Program-made: the position numbers and the translations under genes
Source: Candidatus Marinacidobacterales bacterium
GTDB lineage: Bacteria > Acidobacteriota > Vicinamibacteria > Marinacidobacterales > DATDRI01
Assembly (NCBI GenBank): GCA_965226495.1
Contig: OZ245365.1
Location: 3,584,001 to 3,648,000 of the forward strand
Direction of reading: 5' to 3'
Length of the DNA stretch: 64,000 nucleotides
Notes under the pieces: generated by a model
What the model saw: the letters and a program-made list of their open reading frames with translations, nothing else
Told to the model about the DNA's origin: nothing
Database searches by the model: none
Shown: positions 18,543 to 27,683 of the stretch, piece after piece
Position numbering within the stretch: the stretch's first letter is position 1
How the letters are laid out: each line of letters begins with the position of its first letter

Positions 18543-19186
18543 GCCGACGCCGGCGAAGGAGGGGCCGGCGAAGCGCTTCTAATAAAGGGACCGCTGCCGG
18601 CGACGCACCGGCTCCGACCGAATCCGAGCCGGGAAACGGTCCAAGTACAGTCGGCCGCCTCGTCCGCTTTCTCGTTCCCACTCTCATCATGGCCGGCGCT
18701 CTAGCCGGTATTTGGTACGTCTCCCAGCAATCGGGGACTTCCGACTGGTCGGCGCCCCCCGCCTCCGACCTCAAGGCCGCGCCCGACTTCACGCTGAACG
18801 ATCTGGACGGCCAAGCGGTAACCCTGTCGAGTTACGCCGGCAAGGTGGTGATTTTGGACTTCTGGGCCACTTGGTGTGCGCCGTGCCGCTACGAAGTACC
18901 TCACCTCGTGGAGCTCCAAGAACGTTTCGGCGCTCGAGGGCTTCAGGTACTCGGTGTTACGCTGGATCGCGCGCAGACAGCGGGGGACGTGATTCCGTTC
19001 AGCCGCAGATACTCTATGAACTACCCTATCCTGTGGGCGGAGATACCTGTTCTAGAAACCTACGGCGTCCTCTCAATTCCCGTCACCTTGCTCATTACGC
19101 GGGACGGAAAAATCTATCGGCGTTTCACGGGGTTCGGTGGGAATACCGCCGACGAGATGACGAGGTCCCTGCAGGAACTTTTCTAA
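18539..19186 (+). CDS. TlpA/ResA-type membrane-anchored thiol-disulfide oxidoreductase
   Basis: APDFTL...GKVVILDFWATWCAPC...IP; ATG at 18689, or in-frame CTG at 18539 overlapping the secretin stop. Confidence 0.88.
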   Translation: MSRRRRRRGRRSASNKGTAAGDAPAPTESEPGNGPSTVGRLVRFLVPTLIMAGALAGIWYVSQQSGTSDWSAPPASDLKAAPDFTLNDLDGQAVTLSSYAGKVVILDFWATWCAPCRYEVPHLVELQERFGARGLQVLGVTLDRAQTAGDVIPFSRRYSMNYPILWAEIPVLETYGVLSIPVTLLITRDGKIYRRFTGFGGNTADEMTRSLQELF

Positions 19187-19235
19187 GCCGCCTTCGCCGC
19201 GGGAGTCGAACAGCGACTCGGGGCGAGGTAACGGG

Positions 19236-20024
19236 TCAAGTGGCAAGCTTGAAGGTGAGTGGGACCCGGCAGAGAAGCAGTTCGTCTCCATCTTGAATTG
19301 GAGAGAGCACGCCGGTGGAGAGTTTCTTTCCGTTGACATAGGTGCCATTCATACTGCCGATCTCTTCGGCGATGTAAAAGGAACCCTGTTTGTTCACCAG
19401 CCGTGCGTGGCGCCGGCTGACATTGCGATTGACATCCTCTTCGGTGAGATCCACTTCGGGACGGTGCCCGGTAACCGAATCGTATCGACCGAGTAGCACT
19501 TCATCTTTATAGACGTGATACATCTTGCCGCTGTTCTTCGCGACGAAGTAAGCGCGGGCCGTCTCCTTCGAAGGTATGGTCGGCGTGGGCGGTGCTTTGG
19601 AAATTCCCTCTCCGGTTGGGACCTCCGACTGTGCTCCATCCCGAGAAACCATCATGAGCTCGAGTTGCTCGGAAAACTCCCGCATCCTCATGGAGTACTT
19701 GCGGAGCATCCGAACCGCGATCTCCGGGTTGGACCGAATCATCTCCCCGAAGGTCTGGCTGTTGATAGTAATCAGGTCCGCATCTTCGAGAGCTTCGGCG
19801 TCCGCGGTCCTTGGAAGGCGCTCGAGGACCGACATCTCGCCAAAGAAATCGCCCTTTTCTAGAACGGAGATCGGAGCCTTCTTCCCGGCGATGACCTTCT
19901 GGATAGACACCCTTCCCGTTTGGATGATGTACATCTCGTCGCCCTCATCTCCCTCTCGGAAGATGTAGTCCCCCTTACCGTAGTGAGAGAGGAACTTGGC
20001 GAACGGGTTCGCCTTCTCCGACAT
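19236..20024 (-). CDS. Cyclic-nucleotide-binding domain + FHA domain protein
   Basis: IFREGDEG...GDFFGEMS...PRTADA; C-terminal LGR...VSRRHA...SMNGTYVNG. Confidence 0.92.
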   Translation of the reverse strand: MSEKANPFAKFLSHYGKGDYIFREGDEGDEMYIIQTGRVSIQKVIAGKKAPISVLEKGDFFGEMSVLERLPRTADAEALEDADLITINSQTFGEMIRSNPEIAVRMLRKYSMRMREFSEQLELMMVSRDGAQSEVPTGEGISKAPPTPTIPSKETARAYFVAKNSGKMYHVYKDEVLLGRYDSVTGHRPEVDLTEEDVNRNVSRRHARLVNKQGSFYIAEEIGSMNGTYVNGKKLSTGVLSPIQDGDELLLCRVPLTFKLAT

Positions 20025-20262
20025 AAAACCTTCGCCGCCTCGTTGGAATGAGCCCTAGACCCTTAGCTGTGAGCAAGATAGCACGAGGCCCCCGCCTTGT
20101 CAACCAGAGGCGTTGAGCAGTTGCCAGGGCGGCATGCCGATTTGACGTCGGAACCATCCCATGATATCCTCCGCGGATTGTTTTGAGCTAACAGAGTCCT
20201 TCCACCGGGGCTTTATCAGCAAAAAGGCGCCGCAGCGATGCAGCTCTGGTCGAATTGAAACC

Positions 20263-21366
20263 ATGGCTCAGGACACTCAGTCAGACTACAACCAAAGATT
20301 GAGAAGGGTCTTGGATGTTACCAAGGCCTTCCGTTCCATCATCCACCTGGACGTGTTGCTCGACACGATCGTCCAGACTGCTGCAGAGACGGTGGGTACC
20401 GAAGCAGGATCTATCCTGCTCATGGACGAGCATCAGAAACTCTGCTTCCACAGCGCCTACGGGACCAAAGCCTCCAAGGTCAAGCCCCTGGTCGTGACGC
20501 CGGGGGAAGGGATCGCCGGTTGGACCGCTAAGACGAGACGCGCCGCCCTGGTCAACGACGTCACTAACGACTCTCGGTTCGACCACCGTTTCGACGAATC
20601 CACCGGCTTCACCACGCGCTCCGTACTGTGTGTGCCACTACTAATCGAGCATCGTGTCATCGGCGTGCTGGAGCTGGTCAACAAATGCGACAACGCCCCC
20701 TTCGGCGAGCAGGACCAGAACATTCTCTTCAACCTTGCCGACCAGGCCGCCATCTCCATCGAGCACGTGCGCCTTCGGGACGCGCAGAACAACTACTCGA
20801 CGCACGTCATCGAAATTCTAATCGGGGCGATGGATACCCATGTGCCGGCAAAAGCAGGGCACGCCCGCCGTGTCGCTCGCTACGCCAACTTGGTTGGACA
20901 AGGCCTGGGACTCAACGAGGGAGGGCTCAAGACTCTCTATTTCGCTGGCCTTCTGCACGACATCGGTTTGCTCAAACTAGATGCTTTCGGGGAATGGACT
21001 CGCGAGCGAATCGAGCTTCACCCGGTGTTCGGCTATGAGCTGGTCAAGGACATCATTTTTTGGAAAGAGATGGCGCCGTTCATCCTGCACCACCACGAAC
21101 GCTGGGATGGACGCGGCTATCCAGCAAAGCTGGAGGGCGCGGCGATTCCGCTCGGGGCCCGGATTATCGGCGCGTGCGAGGCCTTTGACATCATCACCAG
21201 CAAGTTCTCGTACAAATCACCCCTGCCTTACGAAATGGCGCTCCGCGAAATGGATGCTCACTCGGGAACTCAGTTCGACCCTGAAGTGGTCGGAGCCATC
21301 AAGGCTCAGGTTCAGGAAAAGGACACCATCGAGAAAACGCCCTCCCCTCCGCCAACCAAGGATTGA
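20263..21366 (+). CDS. GAF + HD-GYP phosphodiesterase
   Basis: GEGIAGW...TRSVLCVPL...VNK; LLHDIG, HHERWDGRGYP and GTQFDP. IIGACEAFD replaces the usual VADxFD. Confidence 0.9.
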   Translation: MAQDTQSDYNQRLRRVLDVTKAFRSIIHLDVLLDTIVQTAAETVGTEAGSILLMDEHQKLCFHSAYGTKASKVKPLVVTPGEGIAGWTAKTRRAALVNDVTNDSRFDHRFDESTGFTTRSVLCVPLLIEHRVIGVLELVNKCDNAPFGEQDQNILFNLADQAAISIEHVRLRDAQNNYSTHVIEILIGAMDTHVPAKAGHARRVARYANLVGQGLGLNEGGLKTLYFAGLLHDIGLLKLDAFGEWTRERIELHPVFGYELVKDIIFWKEMAPFILHHHERWDGRGYPAKLEGAAIPLGARIIGACEAFDIITSKFSYKSPLPYEMALREMDAHSGTQFDPEVVGAIKAQVQEKDTIEKTPSPPPTKD

Positions 21367-21387
21367 CCGGGTCCAGACTAGACCAGT

Positions 21388-22749
21388 CTAGAAATGCGGC
21401 TTGGTGGTGCCTTCGGACGGCACCACTTGCAGAACGTCGCGCTTACTCACCTCCTGCAGCAGGGTTACCAGGTAGGCGTCGAAGCGGTGGGCAATCTGTA
21501 TTAAGCCGGGGATACTTTCGCACTTGAGGATCTCTACGAAGAAGAGCTCGAAGCCCGCCCAGTCTCGATACATCAGATACTTCAGCGAAGTCTCGTAGAA
21601 GTCCGCAACAATTTGCTTGAGCTCCTGCGCCAACTTCTCCTCTCGCGTCTGCTGAAAGGCGTGAACTGTCCTCAACATGTTCACCAACGAATCTCGCAGC
21701 GCGCGCGATTGTTCGAGCTTATTCGCGAAGTGATCGAAAACCGTCTTCCCCTCTAGTTCCGGATCGAAGACCTGTGCCAATTGAATCACCGACTGCTGGA
21801 AGCAATCGCGGAGAATGCCGTGGGAGTTCTCGATACGCATGTAGACAGTGTCCGCCTGGTTGTAGAAATAGAGATCGGAAAGCTCGGAGTGAATGACCTT
21901 TCTGAGCTCCAAGGGTATGCAGTAAACGAAACTATCGAGCGTTTCTTGCAGGGTGGTGTTTAGAAGAAGGGTCGGTGCGGTGCGTTGGATCGATTCTAGC
22001 ATGGTGCGCGCTTCGGAAGTGATTAAGGAGAAGATGAGCATCGTCATCCTGAGCTCAGCAGGTTTTCGCTTCTTGGGATCGGCGAACTCCAAGTAGTGGA
22101 TTAACCGGAAGAACTCCAGACACGCCTTGGCGACGAGGCGGCGCACGTCCTTATCCTCGATTCGGTAGATGAGCTCGGAAACGGCTTCGCTGGGAATACG
22201 GTCGTAGGCAGGCTTGAACTTCTTGTCCATCAGAAGGGACAGGTGCTCGTCTCGCCGGATCTCACGGTAGATCAGGCGGCCGACGCTTTGAAACGTGGCA
22301 TAGGGTACCCGAGACAGCTTGGTCAGCTCGGAGAGGATGACGTAGAGGTCCTCGAAACCTTCTCGCAAAAGTGTGAGGCCCGCTTGGGGACTGCTTTGGT
22401 GAAGCAGCCGCGCGATATAGGGATCGGTAACGTCGTCCGCACGCAGGAAGTTCTCCACGTACTTGTCGAAGCGCTCCTGGTTGACCCGGTCCTCGCTCGC
22501 CAGAAGGGTGCACAGCTGCGTGACGCGGTGAACGGCGGCGGCCACCAACGATACCTCCTCATAGAAACTCCGAAGGGTGAGGGCGTTGCCGGAATCGGGG
22601 AACTGGGGTTGGTTGCTCACCCGAAAATAACGCTCGAAGCTCTTGAGCCACATCTCGAGCTCGAAGAGGTACTCGAGCCGCTCCGACCGGCCGAGGTCCT
22701 CGATCCAGTGGGACATCTGGCCGATCAGGAACTCTGACCTATCGGACAC
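21388..22749 (-). CDS. Hypothetical alpha-helical protein (453 aa)
   Basis: Long ORF with GGAGG RBS and GTG start; no recognised motif. Confidence 0.8.
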   Translation of the reverse strand: MSDRSEFLIGQMSHWIEDLGRSERLEYLFELEMWLKSFERYFRVSNQPQFPDSGNALTLRSFYEEVSLVAAAVHRVTQLCTLLASEDRVNQERFDKYVENFLRADDVTDPYIARLLHQSSPQAGLTLLREGFEDLYVILSELTKLSRVPYATFQSVGRLIYREIRRDEHLSLLMDKKFKPAYDRIPSEAVSELIYRIEDKDVRRLVAKACLEFFRLIHYLEFADPKKRKPAELRMTMLIFSLITSEARTMLESIQRTAPTLLLNTTLQETLDSFVYCIPLELRKVIHSELSDLYFYNQADTVYMRIENSHGILRDCFQQSVIQLAQVFDPELEGKTVFDHFANKLEQSRALRDSLVNMLRTVHAFQQTREEKLAQELKQIVADFYETSLKYLMYRDWAGFELFFVEILKCESIPGLIQIAHRFDAYLVTLLQEVSKRDVLQVVPSEGTTKPHF

Positions 22750-22974
22750 ACTACCCTCCCGCGGGGTGAGGCGCTAAGCTCCTTCAGTATGGATACTTAC
22801 CTTGGATTTTATCATGGCCAGTAGGCCCACGAAAGTGGCGGCGGGGAGCATGGACGGTGTAGCCGAAATCGGGTAAAATAGTTATGTAATCCTGAAAAAA
22901 TCGGAGATTCCCGGACAGGGATGATGAGCGACGACGCGTGAGAGCGTCCTCACCGTCTCCGTCCAAGTCAGGAA

Positions 22975-24585
22975 ATGTCGAAACCCTGTATTGTCTGCGT
23001 GGACGAAGAGCCGGCGCGGCTCGGGCGTTTGGCCACCCTCGTCGAGCAAAAGTTCGGAGAAACCTACCAGCTTCGGTGTTATTCCTCGTCCGAGGAATGC
23101 CTGGAGGGACTGGTCGCGAGGGCAGAAGGGAATCCCTCCGTTGCCTCCGTTGCCTCCGTTCCTCTCGTCTTGTGTGACGAGTCGCTGCACGCCCTCATTG
23201 TCCAGCTCGAGCAGCATCCCGTGCCCGTAGCTAACGTCGTCCTGGTTCGCAGTGGCTGGGAATTCGGGCCGCTCGTTGATGCCATCGAGCGCCAGCTGAC
23301 GCGGCAAGACGAATCCGCCGTAGGCTCGGCGGCCCATCAACACGCAGTAGAAAAGAAAAATGCTTCGCTCGAAGCCTTACATCAAATCGGCGTGGCGCTC
23401 GCTTCCAGCTTCGATATCGATTCGATCCTACGCCAAATTACGCGAGCCGCCTTGTTGCTGCTGGGCAACGTCCCGGTGGACGTCTTCTATGCAGGGTCCC
23501 GTAAGATTAACTCGCAGCCGAGATGGCTCCCGCCTACGCCCACCGCGGGACACCTGTCACAAGACGACCGGACAGCGCTCGAACAAAGGGTCACCGCCTT
23601 GGCCGATGATGATACGGCTCATGATTCAGCGACGGAGGCCTTCGAGTCTCGACGCCCTGACGGGCGCATCGATATGGGACAGATCATCCCCATCGCCCAG
23701 CAGGAGAACGTCCTCGGACTGATCGTCGTCGAGTCCAGTCGGTCACTAAGTCCAGAGGACTTGGGGCTCCTTTCCATCCTTAGCCTGCAAGCCGCCACCG
23801 CACTCCACAACATCCACATCACCCAAGAACGCATACACTTCGAGCGACTGTCGGCGGTGGGTCGCATGATCGGGTCGGTCGTTCACGATTTCAGAAGCCC
23901 TCTGACCGCCGTGCGCGGCTACGCGGGAATGCTAGCCTCGCTCACCGTCTCAGAAGAACACCGAAAAGAGTACGCGCGCCTCATCGTCGAAGAATGCGAT
24001 CGTCTGGGAGGCCTGACCGACGAGCTGTTGGAGCTTACCCGGGGAAGCCGGACCAAACCGGTAATCCGGAGAGTGGATCTGGCAGATTTCTTCCGGGACC
24101 TCGAACCGTCCCTCGAGGCTCAGTTCATGGACAGCGAGGTCCGCCTAAAGGTCGAGCTCGGATACCGAGGCCCGGTGTCCCTGGACTCGGCTCGCATGAC
24201 CCGGGCGATCCTAAACGTGGCCGCCAATGCTCGTCAGGCGATCGATGGCGAGGGGTCGTTCGCCATCCGCTCCAAGCAAGATCTCGAGCACGTGGTTTTG
24301 GAATTCGAGGACACCGGCTGCGGTATTCCAGACGACGTCCGCCACCGGATCTTCGAGCCCTTCTTCTCCTATGGCAAAGCGCAAGGCATCGGGCTGGGGA
24401 TGTGCATCATCCAGCGAATCGTACAAGAGCACGGCGGTCAGACGGTACTGAGCAGTCAACCGGGAGTCGGAACGGTCGTGAAGTTCTTACTTCCTCTCGA
24501 AAGGGTTGGTGAGGCAGAGTCTTCGAAAAACATAGCGGACGTTGAGCATTCCACGGCCGCGATGACTCGTGGCCGCCGTTCATAG
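22975..24585 (+). CDS. Sensor histidine kinase with degenerate receiver and GAF domain
   Basis: IVCVDEE...LVLCD; H-box VHDFRSPL, NVAANARQA, DTGCGI, IFEPFFS and GIGLG. Confidence 0.9.
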   Translation: MSKPCIVCVDEEPARLGRLATLVEQKFGETYQLRCYSSSEECLEGLVARAEGNPSVASVASVPLVLCDESLHALIVQLEQHPVPVANVVLVRSGWEFGPLVDAIERQLTRQDESAVGSAAHQHAVEKKNASLEALHQIGVALASSFDIDSILRQITRAALLLLGNVPVDVFYAGSRKINSQPRWLPPTPTAGHLSQDDRTALEQRVTALADDDTAHDSATEAFESRRPDGRIDMGQIIPIAQQENVLGLIVVESSRSLSPEDLGLLSILSLQAATALHNIHITQERIHFERLSAVGRMIGSVVHDFRSPLTAVRGYAGMLASLTVSEEHRKEYARLIVEECDRLGGLTDELLELTRGSRTKPVIRRVDLADFFRDLEPSLEAQFMDSEVRLKVELGYRGPVSLDSARMTRAILNVAANARQAIDGEGSFAIRSKQDLEHVVLEFEDTGCGIPDDVRHRIFEPFFSYGKAQGIGLGMCIIQRIVQEHGGQTVLSSQPGVGTVVKFLLPLERVGEAESSKNIADVEHSTAAMTRGRRS

Positions 24586-24657
24586 GGCGCTGCCGCGGTC
24601 TGTTTTCTTGCAACTCCGTGTTCTGGCGCCCCTCACTAGTTCCCGTTGTAGCAACTC

Positions 24658-26085
24658 TCAGGAAGCTTCACTCAACTTCTGGAGGAGTTTCTGATGAAAA
24701 CCCCCGAAGCTGCCGTTCGACATCCCCAAGACGACATCTCCGTCGCCGAGCCGTTGACTCAGGAAGTCCACGATCTCCTCGACCTCGGGGATGAACCAAG
24801 CCTCGACCCCTCCGGCACTCAGCGCTTTCACCACGTCTTCCTCCGAAAGCTCTTGCTCCGACGTCAGGCGCCTACTCGAGTAGACGGCTGCCAAAACCAC
24901 TCGGTCCGCAAGACCCAGAGCTCCGGCGAACTCGTCCTGGAAAACCTGGCTCCGGGCCGTGTAAGACCGCGGCTCGAAAACCGCCCATACCTTCCGGCCC
25001 GGCCAGCGCTGCCGAGCAGACTCCACAGTGTGGCGGATCGCCGTCGGGTGATGGGCGAAATCGTCGACGACGGTGACGCCCCGCTGTTTTCCGCGAACTT
25101 GCAGGCGTCGGGCGACGCCCTGGAAAGAGTGCAAACCGGCCGCGACCTCCTCCGCACTCAAGCCCAGGCGATGGGCGACCGCAATAACAGCGAGGGGGTT
25201 TTTCAACGCGGACGCCCCCCAGAAGGGACCGGCCATGGACGCGTACCGCTTACCCTCGTGCCATACTTCGAAACGGCTTCCCCCTTCATCGACCTTAATC
25301 TCACGTGTCTCCCAAGTGGCGGCACGACCCACCGCGAAGGTCTCCACCGGACAAAAAGCGCGCTCGGCGATCTCTAGCGCGGTCCGACTCTCCGCTCCGA
25401 CTACCAACAAACCGCCCCGGGGAATCAGATTGACCAATCGGCTAAAGACAGTCACGACCGAATCGAGATCGGGGTAGATGTCGGCGTGGTCATACTCGAC
25501 GTTACCGAGTACAACTAACTGAGGAAGGTAGTGAAGAAACTTCGGCCCTTTATCGAAGTAGGCGGTATCGTACTCATCTCCTTCGATGACGAAGTTCTCT
25601 CCGGGCGCCAGTTGGTAGCTCTTACCGAAGTTGAGCGGGATGCCACCCACTAAGAAACTGGGATCACGCTTGGCGCTTTGAAGGACCCAAGCCATTAACG
25701 ACGTTGTCGTGGTCTTACCGTGTGTTCCCGCCATCACCACCGGGGACCGCTCCTGCAAAAATAAGTCCTTCAAGACAGCCGGCATCGAGGTGTAAGGCAG
25801 ATTCCGATCCAGAACTTCTTCGAGCTCAGGGTTACCTCGAGAGACGGCGTTTCCGACCACGACCAGGTCGACGTCGGCGGCAAGGTTGTCCGAACGGTAT
25901 GGAGAGTGAACGGGTATCCCGAGCTCGGCCAGCATCTCGGACATCGGTGGGTAGATGTCTTCGTCGGAACCCGACACCCGGCAGCCCTTCTCTTTGAGCA
26001 TGCCGGCGAGAGACGCCATCGCCGTGCCGCAGATACCGAGTAGGTGTATCCGGGCTCCATCAGGCATCGGGGAGCCGATGCTCAA
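24658..26085 (-). CDS. mpl: UDP-MurNAc:tripeptide ligase Mpl
   Basis: IHLLGICGTAMASLA, GNAVSRGNPE, GTHGKTTT, EGDEYDTAYFDKGPKF, DDFAHHPTAI and MSNGSFGG. Confidence 0.92.
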   Translation of the reverse strand: MSIGSPMPDGARIHLLGICGTAMASLAGMLKEKGCRVSGSDEDIYPPMSEMLAELGIPVHSPYRSDNLAADVDLVVVGNAVSRGNPELEEVLDRNLPYTSMPAVLKDLFLQERSPVVMAGTHGKTTTTSLMAWVLQSAKRDPSFLVGGIPLNFGKSYQLAPGENFVIEGDEYDTAYFDKGPKFLHYLPQLVVLGNVEYDHADIYPDLDSVVTVFSRLVNLIPRGGLLVVGAESRTALEIAERAFCPVETFAVGRAATWETREIKVDEGGSRFEVWHEGKRYASMAGPFWGASALKNPLAVIAVAHRLGLSAEEVAAGLHSFQGVARRLQVRGKQRGVTVVDDFAHHPTAIRHTVESARQRWPGRKVWAVFEPRSYTARSQVFQDEFAGALGLADRVVLAAVYSSRRLTSEQELSEEDVVKALSAGGVEAWFIPEVEEIVDFLSQRLGDGDVVLGMSNGSFGGFHQKLLQKLSEAS

Positions 26086-26993
26086 ACGACCGCCCCCTCC
26101 AAGAGACTGAGTCCGTTCTCGTCGACTCGAGCTCGGACCCCGAAGGGTAGAGTCTGGGCGGCAGAAACGGAGTGCCCGGAGGGAAAACCGGATAGCACCG
26201 GTACCCCCAATTGCTGGGTGGCATCCTTGAGCACTTCATCCAATTCGTACCCTTGTGAAGGGTGCTGTTCACAATTGGGCATCTCGCCAAAAACCAAGCC
26301 CCGAACACCCTCCAACTTTCCAGCCAACCGGAGCTGCTGCAACATGCGGTCGATTTGATAAGGCTTGACCGACGTGTCCTCGAGAAAAACGATGGTGTCA
26401 GAGAAGCTGGGTAGATACGGTGTACCGACCAAAGCGGCAACCAGCGAAAGACAACCTCCCAATAATATTCCCTCTCCGGCACCGGGGTGGAGAACTCGCA
26501 CCGACGCGGAGAGCCGTCCTGCAGGTTCCGAATTACCGAGGATTCCGAGAAGGTTTTCGACGTCGTATGCGGACTCCCCTCTCGCCATCTGCTGCGCCAC
26601 CATCGGGCCGTGGAAGGAGACCATGCCAGCCTGTCCCGCCAAGAAGCACAGCAGGGCGGTGGGATCGCTGGCACCGAGAAGGATCTTTGGATTGGCCTTC
26701 AGACGATTCGGGTCCAACCGTTCCAGCAACTCCAGGCTGCCATATCCACCGCGCGCACAAAAAATGGCGGCCACCTCCGGATCTTCCCAGAGCTCGACGA
26801 AATCGGCCGTGCGCTGGGAGGCATCGCCCGCTGTGAATCGGGAGCGAGCATAAAGCGAGCTCCCGAGCCGAGTACGAAACCCAAGCCGGGCGAGCTCCTC
26901 CAAGCCCCTCTCCATGAACTCGGCCCGCACCGGACTTGCCGGCGCGATGACGCCGATTGTTGCCGGCGGCTTCAGAGCAGGTGGTTTAAGCAT
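26082..26993 (-). CDS. ldcA: LD-carboxypeptidase (S66)
   Basis: IAPAS, RGGYG, GASDPT, HGPM, GGCLS, FLED and GH motifs. Confidence 0.9.
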   Translation of the reverse strand: MLKPPALKPPATIGVIAPASPVRAEFMERGLEELARLGFRTRLGSSLYARSRFTAGDASQRTADFVELWEDPEVAAIFCARGGYGSLELLERLDPNRLKANPKILLGASDPTALLCFLAGQAGMVSFHGPMVAQQMARGESAYDVENLLGILGNSEPAGRLSASVRVLHPGAGEGILLGGCLSLVAALVGTPYLPSFSDTIVFLEDTSVKPYQIDRMLQQLRLAGKLEGVRGLVFGEMPNCEQHPSQGYELDEVLKDATQQLGVPVLSGFPSGHSVSAAQTLPFGVRARVDENGLSLLEGAVV

Positions 26994-27056
26994 GGATTCG
27001 TCGAACGGTTTCGTGAAAACGGCGTGCAGCTTTGAGGCGGTCGAAATCGGCGGAGC

Positions 27057-27554
27057 CTATTTTGTCTCCTCCGTGCCATCTCTTGCATTGGCTTGGACAA
27101 GGGCCTGCAGTTTGTGGCGAACGCGAGCGTTCACGGCCTTGCCGTCCACGATCTTTCCCGTAGCCTGGAGGCGGGCCATCGTTCCTTTCATGACCGCTCC
27201 CATGTCCTTCGGTCCCTGAGCCTCGAGTTCCTCGATGACTCCCGCCACAGCCGTTTCTATCTCACCTGCTGAAACGGGCTCTGGCAAGTAGGACTCGATC
27301 CACACCTTCTCCTGCCGCTCTTTTTCGGCAAGATCGGCTCGGCCACCTTTTTCGAATTGCTCGATAGCCTCCGCGCGTTGCTTGAGTTGAGTCTTGAGCA
27401 CCAGGATGGCATCTTCTTCAGAAAGAGCGGACCTTTTTTCGATTTCCTTATTCTTGAGGGCGGCCTTCATCATGCGGAGAACCGACAGCCGAGCTGGCTC
27501 CTTGGCCTTCATGGCCTGAACCATATCCTTTTGGATTTGCTCGACTAGATCCAT
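27057..27554 (-). CDS. yqeY: GatB/YqeY domain protein
   Basis: DMVQAMKAKE..RLSVLRM...KQRAEAIEQFEKGGR...YLP...KDMGAVM. Confidence 0.92.
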   Translation of the reverse strand: MDLVEQIQKDMVQAMKAKEPARLSVLRMMKAALKNKEIEKRSALSEEDAILVLKTQLKQRAEAIEQFEKGGRADLAEKERQEKVWIESYLPEPVSAGEIETAVAGVIEELEAQGPKDMGAVMKGTMARLQATGKIVDGKAVNARVRHKLQALVQANARDGTEETK

Positions 27555-27683
27555 GGAGCACGAAACCTCTTGTTATTGTTGCGGGCTTCTTAGACATTAC
27601 CACAGATGTGAATGCCTCGGCACATTATGGGCGCGGGCCGTTTATAATGTGCGCCACGCTGTAGGCATCCTCAGGAGGTCACG

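Noticed and set aside
23134-23162. TTGCCTCCG short tandem repeat in the histidine kinase
   Set aside because: In-frame 9-bp microduplication (SVASVASV) with no evident function.
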